Below, one piece after another: positions 17,861 through 28,222 of a DNA stretch of 64,000 nt (position 1 is the first letter of the stretch; every line of letters begins with the position of its first letter). A program made the translations under genes and the position numbers. Under the pieces are notes generated by a model that searched no databases, was not told the DNA's origin, and was given only the letters and a program-made list of their open reading frames with translations. The DNA is from a virus (Duplodnaviria > Heunggongvirae > Uroviricota > Caudoviricetes): IMG/VR virus record IMGVR_UViG_3300037455_000543, positions 315,136-379,135 of that record, one strand, 5' to 3'.

Positions 17861-18754
17861 TTACTTCTGCATTGCCTCGAACTTAATCTGCTTCTTAGCG
17901 TCTTCAACCTTACGGTGAATCTTAGCAGCAACTACGTTCATGATATCGTTTTCAAGGAGATCATAACGAGAGTTAATCAACTTACCGATGATATAATCGC
18001 TCTTTTCAGAGAGGTAACGACCAGTCTTGGCGTAGTAGTTGTAGTTTTCAGACTTGGTTTCGTCAGCAGGAGGTTCTTCATCTTCACCGCCGTTATTACC
18101 ATTATCTCCATTATTATCACCGTTATTATTGTCACCGCCGTTATTATTGGATCCGTTGTTGTCTCCACCGTTATCGTTGGATTCACCACCGTTATCCCCG
18201 CCGTTGTCTTCGGAACTTACAGAGTCGTCTTCAGAAAAGTCGTCACCGCCGAAATCGTCTCCACCGAAATCATCACCAGATTCTTCACCACCTTCAGTAG
18301 ATTCACCTTCATCAGAAGATTCGTCTTCCTTATTGAGGTTATCAACCTTGTCAGTTAATGTCTGGATAGCAGTTGTAAGGGTAGAAAGGATATCCTTTAA
18401 TTCAGTAGTAGCTTCAGCTTCTTCCTTTGTACCGTCATCTTCTTTCTTTTCTTCGCTGGAATCTTCGCCGAAATCATCCATGCTTTCAGAATCACCTTCG
18501 TCATCATCAGCAGTGAAATCAGATTCGCCGTCACCGGTATCATCTTCACCACCTTCAGATGGTTCTTCGGAAATGTCTACATTGTCATCGATATTATCGA
18601 TTGATGTATCTTTTTCTTCCTTTTCCTGTGTTTCTTCTTCCCCAGTTGAATCCTTTGTAACAACCGGTTGTTCTTCTTCACCGTCCAGGAATCCTTCGTT
18701 TATTGCATGGGCTTGCTTCCATGCCTTGAACTTTGTTTCTTCGCTTCTATTCAT
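17861..18754 (-). CDS. Highly acidic late protein (scaffold or internal head protein-like)
   Basis: D/E/G/N low complexity plus coiled coil; TATAAATA at 18788-18795. Confidence 0.7.
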   Translation of the reverse strand: MNRSEETKFKAWKQAHAINEGFLDGEEEQPVVTKDSTGEEETQEKEEKDTSIDNIDDNVDISEEPSEGGEDDTGDGESDFTADDDEGDSESMDDFGEDSSEEKKEDDGTKEEAEATTELKDILSTLTTAIQTLTDKVDNLNKEDESSDEGESTEGGEESGDDFGGDDFGGDDFSEDDSVSSEDNGGDNGGESNDNGGDNNGSNNNGGDNNNGDNNGDNGNNGGEDEEPPADETKSENYNYYAKTGRYLSEKSDYIIGKLINSRYDLLENDIMNVVAAKIHRKVEDAKKQIKFEAMQK

Positions 18755-18804
18755 AGTATTAAAACCCTTTATATAATTTTTATATATTATTTATATCACT
18801 TTAA

Positions 18805-19215
18805 TTAAAGTGTATTTTTGAAAATTTGGAACTCTGTAGAATTGTATAATTCAGCGAATTTTCTATCCAGATCCATGCATTTCATGAAATTCTTCTCTTC
18901 CTGACATGCAACACACTTAATATCTTCCAAATATGTATCAAATGTGGCCTTATAATTAGTGGATCTCTTGAATAAATCCATTGCCGCGTAAGGACGGAAG
19001 TTATTTCTTAATACTTTTACTGTATCGTCGTTAAGATCCTTAACGAACTTTTCTGCCTTATCAACTGCATTTTTAACAGTTTCATCCTTCTGTACAGTTT
19101 CGATGTCAGACTTCAGGAGTTTCGGTATAATCAATATGTATACCAGTGGATTGTTTTCAGCAGAAGAAAACTTCGCCGTCTCGTTAATCATGTATTCACT
19201 TAATGTATTGTTCAT
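18805..19215 (-). CDS. Late hypothetical protein
   Basis: Coupled to upstream gene. Confidence 0.75.
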   Translation of the reverse strand: MNNTLSEYMINETAKFSSAENNPLVYILIIPKLLKSDIETVQKDETVKNAVDKAEKFVKDLNDDTVKVLRNNFRPYAAMDLFKRSTNYKATFDTYLEDIKCVACQEEKNFMKCMDLDRKFAELYNSTEFQIFKNTL

Positions 19216-19541
19216 TTTTTACTCTTTTCCTTATCGGCGTCATATTCATACTTAGCAGCGATTTTTGTCAAAGAAATGGCCATTTGATTCAATGTGGCTT
19301 TCATTTCCTTAATATCTTCTTTAATACCGCCAGTCTCTGTTGTCAGGTTATCTACGTCCTTCTTCATAAGCATATACTCCCTTTCCAGCTCATTTTGCTT
19401 CTCACGAAGTTCATCAGCAGCAGTGTCTCTGCTTGCAGCAGTATTCTTTCTTTGTACATATACAATCAAATATACTACTGCGGCTGCCAGAATAGCAGTT
19501 GCATTGCCTGATTCAAACGCAGTCTTAATAAGTTCTTCCAT
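19212..19541 (-). CDS. TM plus coiled-coil late protein (holin/XhlA-like topology)
   Basis: N-terminal TM; TATAAATA at 19565-19572. Confidence 0.6.
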   Translation of the reverse strand: MEELIKTAFESGNATAILAAAVVYLIVYVQRKNTAASRDTAADELREKQNELEREYMLMKKDVDNLTTETGGIKEDIKEMKATLNQMAISLTKIAAKYEYDADKEKSKK

Positions 19542-19579
19542 AGTTTCGGTTTCCTTTTATAATATATTTATAAAAGTTA

Positions 19580-20449
19580 TTACGAGTCACTCCAGGAAGG
19601 TTTAGTTGAATCCCAGTAATAGAATGTCTTTGGATCTCTACGTTTATCAGGATCAGTTTCACATACCCAAAGTCTGGTATAATCGTCTACTTTTTGTTCA
19701 GCTGCGGTTAAATCACCAGCAAGAATCTTTAACATGTCATATATGGCAGAAAGGGCCATATCCTGAACAGTATTCTTACTGCCAAGGTTATCGATCTGGC
19801 TTCTTAGATTAACATAATCCTGGTCATTTACCAATCCAGCTTTATAACCTGATTCCAAACTGCCTGAGACAGTCCAAAGGATATCTCGTACAGCAGGACT
19901 TAAATGTAACGGTCTTTCGACTGTACCTGTACCCTGAATCTCCGCGTTATTGGTATAGATTCCACTCCATGCAGATACGTCATACTTCTGTGCAAGGATA
20001 TCATTCATTGCAGAAAGTGTTTCATATATGTCAGGTACGTACCCTGCGGAATTCCATATACCGCTATTTGCAGACACACATCCTGCCGCATCTTCCAGCG
20101 CAGAGTAATTATCAAGTCTTTCATAAGCAGACAGAGCTGCGGAAATATCTTCCGGGTTAAACGCAGACAACGCGGACAGATCTACCAGGGTATTCCATCT
20201 TTCATAATCCGCGGAGGTAACACAGATACAATCATCTTCCTCATGGTTACAGCAATCATTCCACCATGGCTGTACTATAGCAGGTTCTGAATCATTCCAT
20301 CTGGGATGTATATTATGTGGCCAATCCGCGTGTGGTACGAACGGAGGTTCATGATGCGGGATGTTATCTGGTGTAAAATCATCCGGTTCTGGCGGATGAG
20401 GCGGATAATAACCGTCATACGGGTACTGTGGTGGAAATCTTTTATTCAT
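19580..20449 (-). CDS. Late, probably virion protein with Pro-rich N terminus
   Basis: TATAAATA at 20454-20461, 4 nt before ATG. Confidence 0.7.
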   Translation of the reverse strand: MNKRFPPQYPYDGYYPPHPPEPDDFTPDNIPHHEPPFVPHADWPHNIHPRWNDSEPAIVQPWWNDCCNHEEDDCICVTSADYERWNTLVDLSALSAFNPEDISAALSAYERLDNYSALEDAAGCVSANSGIWNSAGYVPDIYETLSAMNDILAQKYDVSAWSGIYTNNAEIQGTGTVERPLHLSPAVRDILWTVSGSLESGYKAGLVNDQDYVNLRSQIDNLGSKNTVQDMALSAIYDMLKILAGDLTAAEQKVDDYTRLWVCETDPDKRRDPKTFYYWDSTKPSWSDS

Positions 20450-20518
20450 ATATTATTTATAATACAGTAAAAACCACTGTTTTTGAGACAGTGGTTTCGT
20501 CATCTGATGACGGTTTAA

Positions 20519-20998
20519 TTAAACGTACCTAGACGCAATCTTCTCAACCCAAGACGGTTCATGTTCAGGTTTTGCTGGAGCCGGAGCAGGATTCGGTGCT
20601 GGTGCAGCAGCTGGAGCAGCCGGCGCTGGGGTTTCAGCAGGAGCAGGAGTTTCGGCAGGTGCTGGATTCGGTGCTGGTGCAGCAGCCGGAGCTTTCTTTA
20701 CGGAATAACCCGCATCTGTTGCAACACGCATTGCCTGGTTAATCTGATCATTAGTTGCTTGCTGTACTGGAGCTTTACGTACTGTATAACCAGCATCTGT
20801 CGCAATCCTCAAAGCTTGGTTAATATCATCGGTACTGGCAGTACTTGTAGTACCTGTCGGATCCTTACGTACTGTATAACCGTTTGCTTTTGCGATGTTC
20901 TTCGCAATGTCCAGCTTATTATCCGGTAAAGAAACACCGTAACCAGCGTTACGAACAACTTCCTTTGCCTTCAAGATATCGTCTATAGAATATTCCAT
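20519..20998 (-). CDS. Late protein with four I..A..xA..xGY.V repeats and a Pro/Ala tail
   Basis: Repeats visible; TATAAATA at 21030-21037. Confidence 0.75.
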   Translation of the reverse strand: MEYSIDDILKAKEVVRNAGYGVSLPDNKLDIAKNIAKANGYTVRKDPTGTTSTASTDDINQALRIATDAGYTVRKAPVQQATNDQINQAMRVATDAGYSVKKAPAAAPAPNPAPAETPAPAETPAPAAPAAAPAPNPAPAPAKPEHEPSWVEKIASRYV

Positions 20999-21032
20999 TT
21001 TATTTTTCCTCACTAGTGTATTAACTTGTTAT

Positions 21033-22394
21033 TTATACTAAAACTTGACCGTTATAACGGAGAGCTCCATCAGAGTCTTTTCTCCAGTTATTTATAAATG
21101 ACGAGAGGTTCTGACAATCAACTGCGAAATCCGATGTCGGATCCTTTGCAATCTTTATTGCTGCTTCTGTCACAGTAATGAACTTTTCCCCGTCATACAT
21201 CATATGGTTGTCACCAGATTCCGTAGAAAGAACTTCTTCTTCATATACTGCAGGTAATCGTTCCAAGTCAAGTTTTTCATACCCACAATCTTTCTTGACG
21301 TATATATAACCTTCTGCATCAGTAAATGTACCGTCTTCGAGTTCTTCCAGGTCTAATGCTTCATCCGGGTGTAACTGTCCCCATGCAGCTTTAAACGAAT
21401 CGATAGTTGTACTCCAGTAACGTACAGCTTTAATCTTCTTCCAGGAACCGTCTTTGAGATTACTCCACTTAAGATCATCTCCTTCCAAACCACCCGGGAA
21501 TATGTTTTTACTGAGGTTATATGCGTTGTTCGCGTTCTTCAGTTTATGTGGATCCACGCAGAGTTTATAAGTCGAATCTATTTCGGTCTTAAGATTACTT
21601 ATCTGTACCTGAGCTCCTTCTAATCCACCGTATATACTATTACGGTACTCAGTAGATATATTATAACTGTCACCGGACTTCTGTAGTTTGAGTACACTCA
21701 TACTATGGTTGAAGAAGTTACTGGCAGTTGCAATCTCAGCGCAGGACTTACTGTCATCGAATGCACACTGGAAGAAATCACATAGTTTCTGCAGGTAATC
21801 AATGACACCGTAATCTATCAGCTGGTCCAGGTAATCTTCGCAGAGTTTCTTCAACTGTCTGATCTTACGTGCAATCCATCTATAATATGTTTCCAGCTGA
21901 TCCTTACACCAACCCAGGAATTCCTTTATGTACGAAATACCGAACTCTACAGTGAATCCCGCGGAACAAACCATCTGCTGGAATTGGGAGAAATCACTTA
22001 TCACTCCCCTAATATTATTGATTAACGGTTCTACTTCGATACATTGTTTCTTCCACCACTTGATAAGTTTCTTCATTAACCATGAATCCGGGTCAAGTAA
22101 CTCATTAAGCAATGCAAGACATTTCCACAGTCTGTGACACCAGAAACTCTTATCTGTACCGAACAACGCGTTATATAACATGTCGAACAGTTCTTTTTCA
22201 TACTGTTTGACGAGATCCACAATCAGTTTGATGGTATGATCCATCATGTATTCAGCGACTGTGATAGCGGCAGTGGCCACGGATTCTATACGGTTAAGTA
22301 ATCCTTTTGCCAAAGCTGAATAACCTTCAATCGCCGCACGGATTAATTCGAGGGATCCGTACAAGTATGTACACATTAAACTGGTTGCGCTCAT
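21033..22394 (-). CDS. Late helical hypothetical protein
   Basis: 453-aa ORF; TATAAATA at 22428-22435. Confidence 0.8.
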   Translation of the reverse strand: MSATSLMCTYLYGSLELIRAAIEGYSALAKGLLNRIESVATAAITVAEYMMDHTIKLIVDLVKQYEKELFDMLYNALFGTDKSFWCHRLWKCLALLNELLDPDSWLMKKLIKWWKKQCIEVEPLINNIRGVISDFSQFQQMVCSAGFTVEFGISYIKEFLGWCKDQLETYYRWIARKIRQLKKLCEDYLDQLIDYGVIDYLQKLCDFFQCAFDDSKSCAEIATASNFFNHSMSVLKLQKSGDSYNISTEYRNSIYGGLEGAQVQISNLKTEIDSTYKLCVDPHKLKNANNAYNLSKNIFPGGLEGDDLKWSNLKDGSWKKIKAVRYWSTTIDSFKAAWGQLHPDEALDLEELEDGTFTDAEGYIYVKKDCGYEKLDLERLPAVYEEEVLSTESGDNHMMYDGEKFITVTEAAIKIAKDPTSDFAVDCQNLSSFINNWRKDSDGALRYNGQVLV

Positions 22395-22438
22395 TAAAAA
22401 TTTCCGGGGAAGTTTTTTATTTTTATATATTTATAACG

Positions 22439-22921
22439 AAAAAAGGACAGAGCAGATCTATCCATTGAACTTTAGATGTTCGGAGATGTCCATGTTAGGG
22501 TGATCGTCTTAAAGTCAGGTTCTTTGAGTTCTATCCTACACCAGCGAGTTAAACATGGACCGGAGACATCAAGCCTATCCAGGAACACTGAATAGACTGA
22601 CAGGTATGGACCATCAACCTCTGTGGGATTTACTTATAGGCTTACGATGCAGGCATTCCGGCTCACCGACTACATCCTATAATACCGATGCGGCTATCTA
22701 GGTTCTTTGTTATCAGAACCCTCTGCGGTAATATACGCTAGACTGTTTCTTGTAATACCACGGATTAGGTATAACTCGGCCGTCCGAGCCAAGAAACTTA
22801 CTGAAAGGACTTACCTCATCCCCAGCGGCTTACCCTCTACCGACAGCATCATTGAGTTGAGTTTCGCTCCGAGGAATAAGACTTACTATGTAATTGCGTT
22901 TCTTAGGGAACCTAAGTTCAT
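22439..22921 (-). ncRNA. ~480-nt structured ncRNA with its own promoter and terminator
   Basis: End-pairing TGAACTT/AAGTTCA, many internal helices, G-U pairs favour minus strand; terminator at 22439-22463. Confidence 0.7.
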
Positions 22922-22967
22922 TATTATATATAACAGTTTTCCACTGGAACCTTTTGTCCCAGTTTAT

Positions 22968-23016
22968 TAATAATATACTAACAGTTTACTAACATGTTAT
23001 AAACACAGTTACAACA
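22968..23016. promoter_or_regulatory. 11-bp-phased (T)AACA array (PhoP/OmpR-box-like)
   Basis: Units at 22968, 22979, 22990, 23001, 23012. Confidence 0.55.
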
Positions 23017-23143
23017 TATTGAACCCAGTTACCTATTTTTTGGTTTAAATATAGAAAAGTTTTCTGTTTTGTAAAGTTATAGAAATATTTAGATTTTAAT
23101 GTTAACGTTTATAAACATTTACTTTTTTACTATATTTGTGTAT

Positions 23144-24904
23144 ATGTATATTGAATTTGAAAAGCTTTCGTTTTGTAATATATTGTCCTATGGTGCCCAA
23201 GGCGCAGAGATAAAGTTCCAGCCGGGCCTCAATACAATCAGAGCTCCGAACGGTTCAGGTAAGTCTACTATGTTGGACGCTCTTACATTCGTATTGTTCG
23301 GCAAACCCTATAGAGACATCAAGCTGGATGAATTGATCAATGAAACCAATAAGAAGGGTCTGGAAGTAACGATCGACTTCCGTATTGGTAAGGATAAGTA
23401 TTCTATCACACGCGGATTGAAACCGACTGTTCTTACGATCATGAAGAACGGAAAGGAAATGGATCTTCTATCCACGAAGAAACTCACGCAGGATGAAATC
23501 GATAAGTTACTGGGGATTAACCTCAGACTTTTCAAGAATATTGTCGCCGTCGCGTGTACGAATAACAAACCATTCCTGTCGTTACCTATCGGTGATAAAC
23601 GTGCTCTGATGGAAAACATATTTAACATAGACAAGCTTGGAGCTATGTTAAAGGACGTAAAGAAGCAAAAAACAGCTTCAAATGCGGAATATTCTATAAA
23701 AAATACAGAATTATCTGGTATAAACCAGCAGATCAACGATAATAATAACTATATTTCGCAGATGGAAGAATATATTTCCACGTTTAACGAAACTCGAAAC
23801 GCGAACATCGAAAAGTTAAACGAGCAGATCAAACAGTACCAGACACGAATCAATAAAGCTGGTAAGAACATTACGTTGGCGGAAAATAAGATTACGGAGT
23901 TAACGGAATCTATTAAAGGTAAGTCTGTACAGGACGAAATCGAGCAGATAAACATAGAGATCGGTAAAACCATGTCGACTATCGAGAAAAACGGTACGAC
24001 ACTTGAGAAACTTAAGAAGACAAAACTCTGTCCTATCTGTAAGAGTCCATTGGATGAAGGACATGCGAAGAAACACCTGGAAGAATTACAGCAGGAACTC
24101 GATGACATGGAAAAGAACAAGTACCCGGTTCTTCAGCAGAAGTATGCAGAGCTTGTTCAGATTCAGAAAGAGTATAACGAATCTGTTGGATTCATTCGTG
24201 AAATCAGGGAAAAGCTTAATGCAGAAAAGAACATAAAGTCCCAAGCAGAAAACGATCTTTCCAAGGTTGAACATTCATTAGAGACAGAACAAAATAAGAC
24301 ATGTCCTGCAAACCTGGACAAGTACAAGTTAAAGCTTGAAGAGTTACAGGTACGATTCGATGCGATTAAATGTGACTGTGAGCAGTTGATAGAAGACATG
24401 AAGTTGCAGAACGAATTGATTGATATCCTTGGTGATTCTGGTATCAAGACATACTTCTATAGAAAGCTTATCGCTTTACTTAATAAGAACGTTAATGAAT
24501 TCCTGGTCAAGTTCGAGATGAATAACATTCATATAGAATTTGATGAACAAATGAAGGAATGTATCACGAAGAATATGAAGGGTAGATCCTATAATTCGTT
24601 CTCTGGCGGTGAGAAGACTCGTATTGATATGTCTATCCTACTGTCGTTCTTTAACATCAGCAGATTGATTTCTAACTGGAGTTCTAACCTGGTATTCATA
24701 GATGAATTGCTGGATCAGAACATAGATAAACCAGGTATCGACCAGTTCGTATGTACGTTATATAATATAATAGCGGAAGGTAAGAAAAACCTGGGAATAT
24801 ATATCATATCACACATGCTGGGAGAAATGAAGGTTCCAGTAACGTCATCAGTGATAATAAGAAAAGTACATGACTTTAGTACATTAGAGGTTAAATATGG
24901 TTAA
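23144..24904 (+). CDS. gp46: Recombination endonuclease ATPase subunit (T4 gp46/SbcC/Rad50)
   Basis: Walker A NGSGKST, zinc hook CPIC, SFSGGE signature, VFIDE Walker B. Confidence 0.95.
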   Translation: MYIEFEKLSFCNILSYGAQGAEIKFQPGLNTIRAPNGSGKSTMLDALTFVLFGKPYRDIKLDELINETNKKGLEVTIDFRIGKDKYSITRGLKPTVLTIMKNGKEMDLLSTKKLTQDEIDKLLGINLRLFKNIVAVACTNNKPFLSLPIGDKRALMENIFNIDKLGAMLKDVKKQKTASNAEYSIKNTELSGINQQINDNNNYISQMEEYISTFNETRNANIEKLNEQIKQYQTRINKAGKNITLAENKITELTESIKGKSVQDEIEQINIEIGKTMSTIEKNGTTLEKLKKTKLCPICKSPLDEGHAKKHLEELQQELDDMEKNKYPVLQQKYAELVQIQKEYNESVGFIREIREKLNAEKNIKSQAENDLSKVEHSLETEQNKTCPANLDKYKLKLEELQVRFDAIKCDCEQLIEDMKLQNELIDILGDSGIKTYFYRKLIALLNKNVNEFLVKFEMNNIHIEFDEQMKECITKNMKGRSYNSFSGGEKTRIDMSILLSFFNISRLISNWSSNLVFIDELLDQNIDKPGIDQFVCTLYNIIAEGKKNLGIYIISHMLGEMKVPVTSSVIIRKVHDFSTLEVKYG

Positions 24905-25154
24905 TTGGCAACAAGTAACCCCAGCAGATGCAATCATGCTCTGTGAACGTTGGGGATTCAAGATGAAGGAAATTGATTTCTTCGCAATGGAAGAGAAGGA
25001 ATATTATGTACCTGAAACCGGATTCAGTTTCAAGTACAAGATTCAAAACTCTGACCCAGTAAAGTTCTTTATCGATCCGTACATCAACGGTAAATCGGTT
25101 ACAGTGGAAGAATTCAAAGCAGCAGTTACTGACTATTATAATTCAAAGAAGTAG
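24897..25154 (+). CDS. Hypothetical protein
   Basis: ORF between gp46 and gp47. Confidence 0.75.
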   Translation: MVNWQQVTPADAIMLCERWGFKMKEIDFFAMEEKEYYVPETGFSFKYKIQNSDPVKFFIDPYINGKSVTVEEFKAAVTDYYNSKK

Positions 25155-25159
25155 GTTTG

Positions 25160-26188
25160 ATGAAAGTCGCATTACTAGCAGATTTACATTTCGGTGTTAA
25201 ACGCGGTGACCAGATCTGGATGAATTCGCAAGTCAGATTCTTTGAAAAACAGCTTGTACCGGAATTAAAGAGTAAGAATATTACGGAGATATGGATTCTT
25301 GGCGATGTATTCGATACCAGAGAATCAGTGAACGTGAACGTCATCGGTACTGTAATCCACGTTTTCAAGGACATTTTAAAGGATTTCAACGTGACATGTA
25401 TCGTTGGAAACCATGACATGTACCTTAAAACCAGTACAGAAATACATTCCCTAAAGATCCTAGATCTATTACCGAACGTAAAGGTATATGATAAACGTGC
25501 AGAAATGGAAGTAGACGGCAAGAGCATACTACTCTTACCTTGGATAACTGACTATGCTGAACCTCTGGGTTTAAAGAAAAAGTACGATTACTGTCTGTCA
25601 CATTTAGATATCATCGGTTATGACATGGGATCCGGTCGTCTTTCTGATTCTGGAATCTACGCGAATGAACTCCTGAAGAATATCAAGCATGTATATGCTG
25701 GACATTATCACGAAGGTGTATACCGTACATACGAAGGTGGAAAGTCCATCTGTTATATTGGAGCTCCGTACCAGATCACACGTAATGATTACAACCGTCC
25801 TAGAGGGTACAGAATCCTGGACGTGGGTACAGAGAAGGATGAATTCATACAGAACCATGAATCGATCATCTTCACGAAACATACGTACCCGGATGACGTG
25901 GATGAATCCGTTATCTCAGGAAACGTGGTCGACATGGATGTACCTATCGAACTCGCGGATAAGAAGTTCAATGCATATATAGAAAAGCTGGAGAAGATGA
26001 ATCCTGCTTATCCTGTCAACGTGAACGTACTTATTACTGAATCAGAAGAACTCGATATCATTGATACTGATAACCTGAACATCGTTACGTTATTCAATGA
26101 ATTCATTAAGACACATGAGACGGAAGTAGATAAGGATAAGCTGACAACTGCGTTCATGGATCTCTATAACCAGTATAAGGAAGATTAA
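25160..26188 (+). CDS. gp47: Recombination endonuclease nuclease subunit (T4 gp47/SbcD/Mre11)
   Basis: DLHFG, GDVFD, GNHD, GHYH phosphoesterase motifs. Confidence 0.95.
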   Translation: MKVALLADLHFGVKRGDQIWMNSQVRFFEKQLVPELKSKNITEIWILGDVFDTRESVNVNVIGTVIHVFKDILKDFNVTCIVGNHDMYLKTSTEIHSLKILDLLPNVKVYDKRAEMEVDGKSILLLPWITDYAEPLGLKKKYDYCLSHLDIIGYDMGSGRLSDSGIYANELLKNIKHVYAGHYHEGVYRTYEGGKSICYIGAPYQITRNDYNRPRGYRILDVGTEKDEFIQNHESIIFTKHTYPDDVDESVISGNVVDMDVPIELADKKFNAYIEKLEKMNPAYPVNVNVLITESEELDIIDTDNLNIVTLFNEFIKTHETEVDKDKLTTAFMDLYNQYKED

Positions 26189-26189
26189 T

Positions 26190-26747
26190 ATGAATTTTGT
26201 CGTAATGGGAATTGACCGTATTGGTAAGAATACTTTTATAGAAAAGATATTAAAGGATTTCGATCCTGAACTTAAAGAAATACATCTCAGCAAACCTCCC
26301 GCTGACGTGGATCCGTTAATGTTCACCAAAGCAGAGTATGCAGAATACTTCATGGAATTAAAGAAGAAGGACCATCTCTGTTATAACCGCGGACATATCG
26401 ATGAATTCGTGTATGGACCGCTGTACCGTGAGCAGAATACGTACTGGTTAAAGATCTACGAAGAAGAACTTTGGGATGATGTACAGAATACGGTATTCAT
26501 ACTCCTTATCTCAGAGAACTTTAACGTAATGGAAGATGACGGCAACTCGTTGGATTATTCCAGGAGACAGGAAGAACAGGATTTGTTCATCAAACATTTC
26601 CAGGAATCACCGATGACGAATAAGATTATCATCAGAACGATTGACCGTAACGGTTACAGGTTAATCTCTTCTATTAAGGAAGACCTGATTCGTGAAATTG
26701 TAAAAATCACAGAGAAAAACGCAAAGCTTAACAATAACCTGAAATAA
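26190..26747 (+). CDS. Thymidylate/dNMP kinase-like P-loop protein
   Basis: GIDRIGKNT P-loop, NRGHIDEFVYGPLYR. Confidence 0.75.
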   Translation: MNFVVMGIDRIGKNTFIEKILKDFDPELKEIHLSKPPADVDPLMFTKAEYAEYFMELKKKDHLCYNRGHIDEFVYGPLYREQNTYWLKIYEEELWDDVQNTVFILLISENFNVMEDDGNSLDYSRRQEEQDLFIKHFQESPMTNKIIIRTIDRNGYRLISSIKEDLIREIVKITEKNAKLNNNLK

Positions 26748-26764
26748 TTTCTATATTTAACAGT

Positions 26765-27613
26765 ATGAAACAGTATTTGGAAGTATTAAATAGAATCCTT
26801 ACAGAAGGTAAGATCAAACATAACCGTACAGGTGTCGATACTCTATCAGTTTCAGGTACCATGTTGGAATTCGACATGTCTACCGGAAAGTTTCCGCTGA
26901 TGACAACAAAGAAAATGGGTCTGAAGAACATCTGCGCTGAACTGGAAATGTTTCTCCATGGGATTACAGATAAGAAGTTCCTACAGGATCGTAACTGTCA
27001 TATTTGGGATGATTGGTGTAACCCGAAGAAAGTTCCGTACGGTACAGACGACGTTACCAAACAGAAAATGAAGGACGAATCCGATCTTGGTCCTATCTAC
27101 GGAAGTCAATGGGTTAATTTTAACGGTGAAGGGGTAAACCAGTTACAGAAGGTACTCGATACTCTTAAGACGAATCCTACCGATCGTAGAATGATTGTTT
27201 CCGCGTGGAATCCACTGAAGCTGGACCAGATGGCGTTACCTCCATGTCATTACTGTTACCAGATCCTATGTAATGACGGTTATGTAGATCTGTTATGGAA
27301 TCAACGTTCATCGGATTATCCTATTGGAGTTCCATACGACATCGCATCGTACGCAATGTTACTTACTCTTATCTGTAAGCAGGTAAACATGAAACCCGGT
27401 AAGTTAATTGGTTTCTTCGCAGATTCCCATATCTATGTCAATCAGATTGAAGGTGTCAAGGAACAACTTTCCAGGGAACCGTATGAATTACCAACAGTAA
27501 AGATTACCAACGCTGACGATCCTAACTGGACTATCTGGGACTGGAAGTATACTGATTTTACTCTCGAAAACTATCAGTGCCATCCGGCTATCAAGATGCC
27601 AGTAGCAGTATAA
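26765..27613 (+). CDS. thyA: Thymidylate synthase
   Basis: RTG, LGPIYGSQW, MALPPCH, QRSSD, HIY motifs. Confidence 0.97.
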   Translation: MKQYLEVLNRILTEGKIKHNRTGVDTLSVSGTMLEFDMSTGKFPLMTTKKMGLKNICAELEMFLHGITDKKFLQDRNCHIWDDWCNPKKVPYGTDDVTKQKMKDESDLGPIYGSQWVNFNGEGVNQLQKVLDTLKTNPTDRRMIVSAWNPLKLDQMALPPCHYCYQILCNDGYVDLLWNQRSSDYPIGVPYDIASYAMLLTLICKQVNMKPGKLIGFFADSHIYVNQIEGVKEQLSREPYELPTVKITNADDPNWTIWDWKYTDFTLENYQCHPAIKMPVAV

Positions 27614-27621
27614 ATATTACA

Positions 27622-27696
27622 GTTACGCTTACCTTTCCTGGTAAGACTGGCTCTCTACGGGGAGCATTGAGAGAACCTGTCGACGGGTTCTCTTTT
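27622..27696 (+). ncRNA. Candidate late small RNA (two hairpins plus terminator)
   Basis: TATAAATA at 27609-27616; CTTACC/GGTAAG, GCTCTC-TACG-GGGAGC, GAGAACCTG/CGGGTTCTC-TTTT. Confidence 0.5.
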
Positions 27697-27781
27697 CTAT
27701 ATCCAGTCAGTTTACGTAAACCCAGTCAACGGCAATTATAAATAATACAGATTAAACATTTAATTTAAAGGAGTTTATAAT

Positions 27782-28147
27782 ATGCCACTTAATTTTACAG
27801 CAGACCAGTTAGCCCAAGCCAGAGAACAGGAAAGAGCTATCAATGCTATGGATGACCGCGATTACATCGTAACCGTCTGTAACGTTATTGCCAATGCCCT
27901 TAAGTCTCCGACTACCAGAAATCTTGACCTTTCTGAAATCCGTCAGTTGGTTGCAAATGTTCAGGAACAGATTGAAGACAAGATTTATGCTCAGGCTGAC
28001 AAGCTCGAAGCTCCGGAAGAAGAACCTGGCCTCGGCGACGATGACCTCGATGATCTCGATCTCGGTGAATCAACCGAAACTTCCAAACAGTTCACTCTCA
28101 AGGAAGCAAAAGAGATTCTTCTCAAGTCCGGCTACAATATTGACTAG
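27782..28147 (+). CDS. Late acidic protein
   Basis: TATAAATA at 27737-27744, AAGGAG SD. Confidence 0.8.
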   Translation: MPLNFTADQLAQAREQERAINAMDDRDYIVTVCNVIANALKSPTTRNLDLSEIRQLVANVQEQIEDKIYAQADKLEAPEEEPGLGDDDLDDLDLGESTETSKQFTLKEAKEILLKSGYNID

Positions 28148-28222
28148 TTTTTGCGTTTAACTAGGGAATAAAACAAAATCGGTAGTTTTAACTACCGATT
28201 TTTTAATTTAAAACACCAATTA

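Noticed and set aside
18085-18280. Short tandem DNA repeats
   Set aside because: Explained by the G/D/N low-complexity protein sequence.
22807-22817. Firm RNase P RNA call
   Set aside because: Only a partial CR-I match without canonical P4; kept as an unclassified ncRNA.
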